In this document: positions 37,442 through 44,485 of the stretch, piece by piece
Numbering within the stretch: the stretch's first letter is position 1
Layout of the letters: each line of letters opens with the position of its first letter
DNA from: Fidelibacterota bacterium
GTDB lineage: Bacteria; Fidelibacterota; Marinisomatia; Marinisomatales; TCS56
DNA length: 44,485 nucleotides
NCBI GenBank assembly: GCA_043822705.1
Contig: JBDRBK010000128.1
Span: forward strand, 1 to 44,485
Reading direction: 5' to 3'
Notes under the pieces: generated by a model
Told to the model about the DNA's origin: nothing
What the model saw: only the letters and a program-made list of their open reading frames with translations
The model's database searches: none
Translations under genes and position numbers: made by a program

Positions 37442-37883
37442 TAACCACTGATTTCACAGATTACACAGATTCATTTTATTATTCTTTCATATTCCAGTGA
37501 TTTGCCACCAAAGTTCATCAACAATCCAAGTTTCAGCTTAGTGACATTCAGATAATTCAATAGTTGGGCTCTCTCAATATCACCAATTTGTTTGATGGCT
37601 TTTAATTCGACAATCACCTTCCCATCAACAACTAAATCACCAATAGACTCTTTGATATTTACGCCTTTATAGTCTACAACAAATTTTTTCTGCTGTTCAA
37701 AGGGTATGTTTTGATTCTTTAATTCAACCACAAAAGCTTCTTCATACACAGATTCAAGAAAGCCAGAACCAAGTATTTTATGGACTTCCATCGCGGCTCC
37801 GATTATTTGATATGTCAACTCCTTGTATAAATAATCCTTCATACGATTCCATTTATCTGTGTAATCAGTGTAATCTGTGGTTA
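37442..37883. mobile_element. Inverted-repeat-bounded cassette carrying GxxExxY gene
   Basis: 29-bp arms 37442-37470 and 37855-37883, 26/29 complementary, built of 9-nt CACAGATTA units. Confidence 0.65.
37471..37842 (-). CDS. GxxExxY protein (PD-(D/E)xK nuclease superfamily)
   Basis: IIGAAMEVHK.LGSGFLESVYE, DLVV...IVELKA, AQLLNYL, GLLMNFG. Confidence 0.93.
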   Translation of the reverse strand: MKDYLYKELTYQIIGAAMEVHKILGSGFLESVYEEAFVVELKNQNIPFEQQKKFVVDYKGVNIKESIGDLVVDGKVIVELKAIKQIGDIERAQLLNYLNVTKLKLGLLMNFGGKSLEYERIIK

Positions 37884-39095
37884 CCCTAATTCTTCTTTCC
37901 AGTTATCAGATAACAATCCGGAGGCGATCGCCAGATTGATAGTTTGCTGCGCCCGTTTTACTACTGGCGGATCGATCATTTTATTGCCCAGCGCCACGAC
38001 CCCCAAACCTTGAGCCTGGGCCTTATCGAAAGCCAGCTCGATCTTTTGGGCTTTTTCAATTTCAGTCGCCGTGGGGGCGAACGCTTCGTGCAGTGGCTTG
38101 ATCTGACGCGGGTGGATGCAGCCTTTGCCGTCGAATCCCAGCGCTTTCGCTTCCAGCACCGACGCCCGCAACCCGGCTTCATTACCCACATCGCTGTAGA
38201 CCGTGTCGATCGCCTGCAGACCGGCAGCCCGCGCCGCGTTGACCAGCATCCCGCGGGCAAAGAATGATTCCTTGCCTTCATCGGTCCGCGGTACGCCCAG
38301 ATCGGCGGTGTAGTCTTCCAGTCCGATCGCCAGCGCGACAATGTTCGGAGAAGCTTCGGCAATTTCCAGTGCTTTCAGGATGCCCCGGCCGCTTTCCAGG
38401 ATCGGCATCAGATAAACCGGCTCGCTGCGGCCGCAGGCCCGGCTGATTTCGGCGATCTTATTATCGACAGCGATAATCTGTTCGGCCGACTCCACTTTGG
38501 GTATTAGAACAAGATGCACATTTTGGGGTACGATAAATTCCAGATCAATCAAACCCATTTCGCCCTGGTTGATCCGGACCATTCGCTCGGCGCCCATAAA
38601 ATCAAGGGACCGCAGGGCGTTACGCACCAGATAGCGGGTTTCCACTTTTTCCGGCGGACCGACCGAATCTTCCAGGTCCAGGATCAGACCGTCCGGTTGG
38701 TGGATACCGGCGTTCAGGGCCAATTTGGGTTGATTACCCGGCAAGTACAAGCGGCTGCGGCGAAAACGATCGCGCCGCGATGAATACCGGCAGAATTCCT
38801 TCATTTCCGGTAATGCTTCGGCTGTCAGCTCCGGGTGAGCCTGCTTGATGGCGGCTTCGATCCGGGCCATCATTACAAACGGTACCGCACCGAAATCGTC
38901 GATTTCCAGTAAGCCGGAATTAATACCCAGTTTGGTCAATACTTCCCGCGCCAGTTTATCAATGGCTTTATCAAAGAGAATACCGACTTTACTCTGAATT
39001 TTTACTGTTTGTTGGGCTGCCTGAGGCGTATAAGTGACGCGCACATCAGAACGCGGTTTATCGCCTTTCGGTCCAACGGTGAATGATGGTGCCAT
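37881..39095 (-). CDS. citE: Citrate lyase ACP (CitD)-beta subunit (CitE) fusion
   Basis: N-terminal RSD...SKV..LF...I...DDFGA..F...ARIEAA (CitD-like); RRSRLYLPGN, LDLEDSV, IPKVE, GFDGKGCIHPRQI, MIDPPV (CitE). Confidence 0.88.
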   Translation of the reverse strand: MAPSFTVGPKGDKPRSDVRVTYTPQAAQQTVKIQSKVGILFDKAIDKLAREVLTKLGINSGLLEIDDFGAVPFVMMARIEAAIKQAHPELTAEALPEMKEFCRYSSRRDRFRRSRLYLPGNQPKLALNAGIHQPDGLILDLEDSVGPPEKVETRYLVRNALRSLDFMGAERMVRINQGEMGLIDLEFIVPQNVHLVLIPKVESAEQIIAVDNKIAEISRACGRSEPVYLMPILESGRGILKALEIAEASPNIVALAIGLEDYTADLGVPRTDEGKESFFARGMLVNAARAAGLQAIDTVYSDVGNEAGLRASVLEAKALGFDGKGCIHPRQIKPLHEAFAPTATEIEKAQKIELAFDKAQAQGLGVVALGNKMIDPPVVKRAQQTINLAIASGLLSDNWKEELG

Positions 39096-39305
39096 AGCTG
39101 TCCTTGATCGTTGATCTTTATAACCACGAGTCCTGCGCCGAAGAATTTATCCTGACCTGCGAATGCCGGGCAATAAAAACCGGAGTACCGCGGTCGAAAA
39201 ACGGACGGGGGCATCGGACAGGTCGGGTGCTGGCGATTGAAAACGAGTTTAGCAACGGAAAACCCTGGATTATGAACACGGCAATCATTACGATATTGCA
39301 ATTCG

Positions 39306-39334
39306 GTTGATTATATTATACCCTTATAATCGAC
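39306..39334. promoter_or_regulatory. Inverted repeat in divergent promoter region (possible operator)
   Basis: GTTGATTATA-N9-TATAATCGAC; each arm contains TATAAT on one strand. Confidence 0.4.
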
Positions 39335-39425
39335 TTGATTTCCGAAGTGAGATACTAAATTTGGGAATAGTTATGCAAGCAATAGCTCCTTTATTCAAAA
39401 TTCATTCCGATAATCGGGGTTAGCA

Positions 39426-42400
39426 ATGATTAGAAATCGACTCTTAAGCTGGTCCGTTTTACTCAGCCTGCTACTCACGGTCCAATGTACCGTTGACAGC
39501 GACAATATTACCGGTCCCAGCGACGAACCGGATAAATATATCGTGCTGAAAAGTCTGACCGCGAGTAAGAATCAGGTCTTCACCCAGGGCGATCAGGCAA
39601 TCATCGCATTGACCGTGGCCAACGCTGATGACCAGCCCCCGGATCCCGGTATCGCCGTGAAGTTTACCGCTCAACTGGGCCAGTTCGCCACCAGCACCGA
39701 TACCACCGATACCGGCGGTGTCGCCCGGGCGACCTATATATCCGGGGATGTTCCCGGAGTGGACAAGATATTCGCCAGTACCGGAATTAAAACCGATTCC
39801 CTGTTGCTCTACCTGGTCAACCAGGCCGCCGATCTGCAACTGACCGCCAGCGCGACCGCAATACTCGGCGACGGCGTCACGACCGCCACGATTACCGCCA
39901 GCGCCCGCGATGATGCCGACCAACCGCTGGCCAACATGCGGATTTATTTCAACAGCGATCACGGCCAGATCACCGCCAGCGGCACCACCGCCGGCGATGG
40001 TACCGTTCAGGCCACCCTCACCAGCGTCGCCGACAGCCTGGATGTGGTAACCGTGGTCCGGGCCGCCTTCGAACCATTCACTGCGGCAACAGCTAAAATC
40101 GTTCAAAGCGTACCGAATGTCAGTAAGGTTGCCGAACGTGAATTCAGGACCGCCGGTAGTAAAAAAATGGAGCGTATGCTGTCTAACCGACGGAAAACAA
40201 TTTTGGAAAAACCGACCACCGCGCCCATCCCCCAAACGTTGACAAGAACCACCGCCGGACTGTATGACAGTCTGACCGTCACCTTCCGGGGGATTACGAT
40301 TCTGCTGCAGAAAAACAAATCGGAACTGCTGGCCAACGGTGAGGACCTGGCCAATATTACCATCACCGTCTACGAAACCACTACCGGCAATCCGGTGACC
40401 AATCACAGTTTTACCGCCACGACTACCCGGGGCACCGTCCTCGGGGATTCCCGCACCGACGGCAGCGGCCGGGCCACAATCCAACTGCGCAGCGGCACGG
40501 TTCCCGGCACCGCCACGGTCAATGTTACCATCGGCGGCACTCTGATCAGCAGTACCAAAATCAATTTCATCTCGACCTATCCGACCCATTTCAGCTTGTC
40601 CCAGAGCGACCATATTATCCTGGCCGACGGCCAGTCGGCGGCCACGATAACGGCACTGGTGATCGACACCCTGGGTAATCCGGTTCAGGGCGCCGGCATC
40701 CTGATCAGCAGCGACCTGGGTGACCTGGAATACGTCACCACCATCACCAACGCCGACGGCGAAGTGGAAGTGGATCTGATCAGCTTGGCTAATAAAACCG
40801 ATATGACCGCCACCGTCCGGGCCAGCGTAGTCGGGTATCCCAGACTCGCCGACAGCGTCACCGTCGACTTCAAGGGTATCACCCTTTCGGCCTATGCCAA
40901 TGATAATCTGCTGGTGGCCAATGGCATCAACACAACAACGGTCACAGCTGTAGTGTTCCAAACATCGACCAACAGTGCCGTCGCCGGCCGGCCGGTGTAT
41001 TTTTCCACATCCCTGGGAACGATTGCCAGTCCGGTGACCAGCTCCAGCAGCGGCGTGGCCGCTACCACCCTGACCAGCGGTATATTTCCCGGCCTGGCCA
41101 CCATCGTGGTGCGTTTCGGCGATCTGCTGACCGATACACTGACGGTCGAATATTTAAGCAGCGGCGCTAACAATCTGGTGCTGGCCCGTGATCAGGAAGC
41201 GATCCGCGCAAACGGCAAGGCCACAACCACGATCAGCGCCACCGTGACCGATACCCTGGGCGATCCCGTTTCCGGCACGCTGGTCAATTTCAGTACCGGC
41301 GCCGGGACTTTGAGCAACCTGTACGCCACCAGCGACGTGGACGGCATCGCCCTGGTCGTTCTGACCGGCCCCGCCAGCGTCATCGATCTGACCACCACAG
41401 TGCGTGCCAGCGTCAATACCAGCCTCAACCGCAGTCTGCTGGCCGGCAATATTTACGATCCCGCCCTGCCGACGCTTCGCTATACCACGGCTTCCGGACC
41501 GATTCGACCGCGTAGCGCCGCCATTCCGGCCACGGCCGCCCTCAATGACAGCGTCCAGGTCAGCTTCAAGGGGATCACCGTCGATTCCTACGCTACGGAC
41601 CAGGCCATCGTGGCCGACGGCAGCAGCCACACCACGATTATCGCCACCGTGCGCGAAACTTCAACCAATATTCCGGTTCAGGACGAGACCGTCCTGTTCA
41701 GTACCAACCTGGGTACGATCTCCGGGGCGCTCAACACCTCGGCCAGCGGCGTAGCCAGCGGCACCCTGACCAGCGGCCTGATTGCCGGCACGGCGCGGGT
41801 GATAATCCGCTACGGCGCCACCCTGTACGATACGACGACCGTGGATTTCTTCGACTCCGAGCCGGACCAGTTCACACTGGAGCTGAATCCCGCCACAGTT
41901 CTGGCTGACGGTCAGGCCACCCTGACACTGACGGCCCTGATTCTGGACACCCTCGATAATCCGGTGACCAGCGAAGCAGTCAGCTTCAGCACAACCCTAG
42001 GAAGCCTGTCCGCCGCGACCGCCTTGACTGATGAAGATGGTTTTGCCACCGTCACACTGACCGGCACGGCCCGCGCCAGCGATACAACCGTGACAGTTAA
42101 AAGCTGGGTAACGGGCTATCCCGAACTAGTGGACTCTGTAACGACCAAATTCCGCGGATTGACAATGTCAACCCAGGCTTCCGATCTGTCGATCACCGCC
42201 GACGGCAGCTCGATGACCGATATTATCGTCACCTTGTACGAAACCAGCAGCCATTCAGCCATTCCCAACCAGATCGTACGTTTCGCCACCAATCTGGGAA
42301 CGATCACCAACGCGGTCGCTACCGATATCAACGGTATCGCCAGCGCCACCCTGACCAGTGGAATTTTAGCCGGTACCGCCAGCGTTTTTGTTTCCACCGG

Positions 42401-44485
42401 GGACGTCCATAATGACACGATCCAGATCGGGTTCCTGAACCACAACCCGCATCATATATCAATTGCACCGGACGCCGTCAGCATCCTGGCCGACGGCAGC
42501 AGCGGTACCGTAATAACCGCCCAGGTCCTGGATACGCTGGATAATCCGGTGGCCGGGGCCGCGGTCAATTTCACCAGCGACAACGGGCAACTGGACCGGC
42601 TCAGCGGCATCACCGATGGTGACGGCTATATCTACACCACCCTGACCGGCCTGCCGGACAGTCTGGACCGAACCGCCAAAGTGCTGGGATCGGTCACCTA
42701 CTATGCCGGCGTAAAGGATAGCGTCGAAATCAGCCTGCGGGGAATGATCCTCAATATCAGCGCCGATCCGACCCGGCTGCCGGCCAATGGCTATTCCACC
42801 AGCGTGATCAGCATCAGCCTGCGGGAATCGGGTAACGGCAATCCGGTCACGGGGCGGGCGATCGCTCTGGGTACGAACCGTGGCACGATTATTTCGACCG
42901 TCACCACCAACTCGATGGGAACGGCCGAGACGGAACTGACCAGCAACACTACGCCGGGAACTGCGACCATTACCGCCACTGCCGGTATCAGTAAAACCAC
43001 AACGGTGGAATTCCTGCCGATCATTCCCAAGGATCTATCAATGATAGTGGCGGCGACCAGCCTGCTGGCCAACGGCTCCGCCATTACTAACCTGACCGCC
43101 ACTGTAATGGATACGCTGGGTAATCCGGTGAATAATGCCCTGCTCAGCTTCAGCAGTGACGCGGGCACATTGTCGAAAACGCTGACGCCCACCAACACCA
43201 GCGGTCAGGCCACCGTGACGCTCACCAGCACCGCCAGCAGCAACGATCTGACAGCCCAGGTAATCTGTAAAGCTTTTTCCTATCCGACGGTGACTGATAC
43301 GGTGGAAGTTGGATTCCGGGGTATCACGCTGACAATCGGCGCCAGTCCGCAGCAGATTCCCGCCAATGGCAGCACCACTGCCACGATCACCGCCGGCCTG
43401 CAGGAAACCACCAATGGTAACCCCCTGACCGGCACCACCGTGTTCTGGGGAACCTCGCTGGGCGTAATTCCGGCATCATCGGTGACCAACAGTCTCGGCT
43501 TCGCCACCGCCACTCTGACCAGCGGCATCACCAGCGGCACCGCCACGATCACAGCCACCGCGGGCGTGTCGAAAACCACTACTGTTGAATTGTTACCGGT
43601 AACCCCATCCGTCATCGCCGTCAGTGTCAGCGCCACCAGTATCATCGCCGACCGGGCCGCCACCAGCACCATCAGCGCCACCGTCAGCGATGTTTTGGGC
43701 AATCCGGTTTCGGGAACGTTGGTCAATTTCGCCACGGCGGTTGGTACCCTTAGCAGCGCTTCCGCCACCACCGGCACCAGCGGACTGGCCCAGGTAATTC
43801 TCACCAGCCCGGCCCGCACCAGCGATACCACCGCCGCCGTTACGGCCACTGTGGCCGCTTACCCGGCGGTCAACACCAGTACTGGTATCGAATACCGCGG
43901 CCTCACCCTGACCGCCAGCGCCGATCCGAACCAGATTCCCGCCAACGGCAACGCCGTGTCCAGTATTCTGGCCATTCTGACCGAGACCACCAACGGCAAT
44001 CCAGTGGTCAGTAAAATCCTGGCCGTCTCCACCGACCGCGGCTCGATTCCCGCCCAGGGAATTACCGGCACCAACGGCAAATCAACGATTATTCTGACGG
44101 CCGGCACCAGCGCCGGCACGGCTACGATCACGGTTAAAGCCGGCGTGACCGCCACAACCACGGTCGATTTCATTTCGACGGCACCGACAGCGGTCGTCCT
44201 GATTGCCTCCGCCAGCAGCATCCTGGCGGACCAGAACGACAGCAGTATTCTGACCGCCACCGTCACCGACGCCCTCGATAACCCGGTCAGCGGCAAAACG
44301 GTTAACTTCACCATCAGTAATGGCACGGTTGCCAATGCCAGCGGCGTCACCAATGGCGCCGGACTGGCTGTCACCACTGTCACCGGTGTTGCCGGCACGA
44401 TCGATCAGGTTGCCGAAGCCAAAGCGGTGCTGGCCGATTACAGCAGTGTCCGTGACAGTCTGGATATCGATCTGCGGGGTGTGAC
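39426..44485 (+). CDS. Giant invasin/intimin-type Ig-like (Big_1) repeat lipoprotein, 3'-truncated (at least 1686 aa); absent from ORF track
   Basis: ATG 39426 MIRNRLLSWSVLLSLLLTVQC; about 16 repeats with A(D/N)G...D..GNPV.G..V.F...G...T...G.A...LT; same frame at the window end. Confidence 0.9.
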   Translation, partial: MIRNRLLSWSVLLSLLLTVQCTVDSDNITGPSDEPDKYIVLKSLTASKNQVFTQGDQAIIALTVANADDQPPDPGIAVKFTAQLGQFATSTDTTDTGGVARATYISGDVPGVDKIFASTGIKTDSLLLYLVNQAADLQLTASATAILGDGVTTATITASARDDADQPLANMRIYFNSDHGQITASGTTAGDGTVQATLTSVADSLDVVTVVRAAFEPFTAATAKIVQSVPNVSKVAEREFRTAGSKKMERMLSNRRKTILEKPTTAPIPQTLTRTTAGLYDSLTVTFRGITILLQKNKSELLANGEDLANITITVYETTTGNPVTNHSFTATTTRGTVLGDSRTDGSGRATIQLRSGTVPGTATVNVTIGGTLISSTKINFISTYPTHFSLSQSDHIILADGQSAATITALVIDTLGNPVQGAGILISSDLGDLEYVTTITNADGEVEVDLISLANKTDMTATVRASVVGYPRLADSVTVDFKGITLSAYANDNLLVANGINTTTVTAVVFQTSTNSAVAGRPVYFSTSLGTIASPVTSSSSGVAATTLTSGIFPGLATIVVRFGDLLTDTLTVEYLSSGANNLVLARDQEAIRANGKATTTISATVTDTLGDPVSGTLVNFSTGAGTLSNLYATSDVDGIALVVLTGPASVIDLTTTVRASVNTSLNRSLLAGNIYDPALPTLRYTTASGPIRPRSAAIPATAALNDSVQVSFKGITVDSYATDQAIVADGSSHTTIIATVRETSTNIPVQDETVLFSTNLGTISGALNTSASGVASGTLTSGLIAGTARVIIRYGATLYDTTTVDFFDSEPDQFTLELNPATVLADGQATLTLTALILDTLDNPVTSEAVSFSTTLGSLSAATALTDEDGFATVTLTGTARASDTTVTVKSWVTGYPELVDSVTTKFRGLTMSTQASDLSITADGSSMTDIIVTLYETSSHSAIPNQIVRFATNLGTITNAVATDINGIASATLTSGILAGTASVFVSTGDVHNDTIQIGFLNHNPHHISIAPDAVSILADGSSGTVITAQVLDTLDNPVAGAAVNFTSDNGQLDRLSGITDGDGYIYTTLTGLPDSLDRTAKVLGSVTYYAGVKDSVEISLRGMILNISADPTRLPANGYSTSVISISLRESGNGNPVTGRAIALGTNRGTIISTVTTNSMGTAETELTSNTTPGTATITATAGISKTTTVEFLPIIPKDLSMIVAATSLLANGSAITNLTATVMDTLGNPVNNALLSFSSDAGTLSKTLTPTNTSGQATVTLTSTASSNDLTAQVICKAFSYPTVTDTVEVGFRGITLTIGASPQQIPANGSTTATITAGLQETTNGNPLTGTTVFWGTSLGVIPASSVTNSLGFATATLTSGITSGTATITATAGVSKTTTVELLPVTPSVIAVSVSATSIIADRAATSTISATVSDVLGNPVSGTLVNFATAVGTLSSASATTGTSGLAQVILTSPARTSDTTAAVTATVAAYPAVNTSTGIEYRGLTLTASADPNQIPANGNAVSSILAILTETTNGNPVVSKILAVSTDRGSIPAQGITGTNGKSTIILTAGTSAGTATITVKAGVTATTTVDFISTAPTAVVLIASASSILADQNDSSILTATVTDALDNPVSGKTVNFTISNGTVANASGVTNGAGLAVTTVTGVAGTIDQVAEAKAVLADYSSVRDSLDIDLRGV

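Noticed and set aside
31429..37883. CRISPR array interpretation of the intergenic repeats
   Set aside because: Repeats are inverted and degenerate, with no regular unique spacers and no cas genes.
39002..39310. Short ORFs in the citDE/adhesin divergent spacer
   Set aside because: No RBS or motif, one overlaps citDE out of frame; likely promoter/UTR sequence.
39471..40961. 496-aa minus-strand ORF and the other minus ORFs to 44398
   Set aside because: Antisense shadows of the giant plus-strand Big_1 gene, which has a signal peptide and clear repeats.

Overview
Bacterial genomic window, mostly GC-rich coding sequence with AT-rich inserts. The gene content (DUF3467, GlmU-like, DUF6913-like, beta-barrel proteins) suggests an FCB-group/Marinimicrobia-like diderm; this is inference only. 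Left to right: the end of a SUF Fe-S operon (sufC partial, sufD, sufU, sufT, sufS); dCMP deaminase; a CsgG-like/beta-barrel protein; an N6-adenine DNA methyltransferase coupled to a small PD-(D/E)xK-like protein; etfBA followed by an unannotated 34-aa membrane peptide and a convergent candidate sRNA; a housekeeping block (biotin carboxylase, BCCP, DjlA, methylmalonyl-CoA mutase large subunit, LysM lipoprotein, birA, coaX); an accessory block at about 20.9-26.3 kb (duplicated promoter cassette, GNAT-deacetylase fusion, HTH-HATPase-STAS protein); class V aminotransferase, CDF transporter and glutaryl-CoA dehydrogenase-like gene. Next is a minus-strand operon combining a CitD-CitE fusion, CitF, an HD protein, fungal-type homoaconitase, fungal-type homoisocitrate dehydrogenase and PrpD, with no homocitrate synthase. 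All five of its internal junctions carry tandem-unit inverted-repeat elements: two enclose cargo genes (GxxExxY, four-helix bundle) and three are empty. The window ends inside a giant (at least 1686 aa) invasin/Big_1-repeat lipoprotein missing from the ORF track. No rRNA, tRNA or CRISPR array seen.
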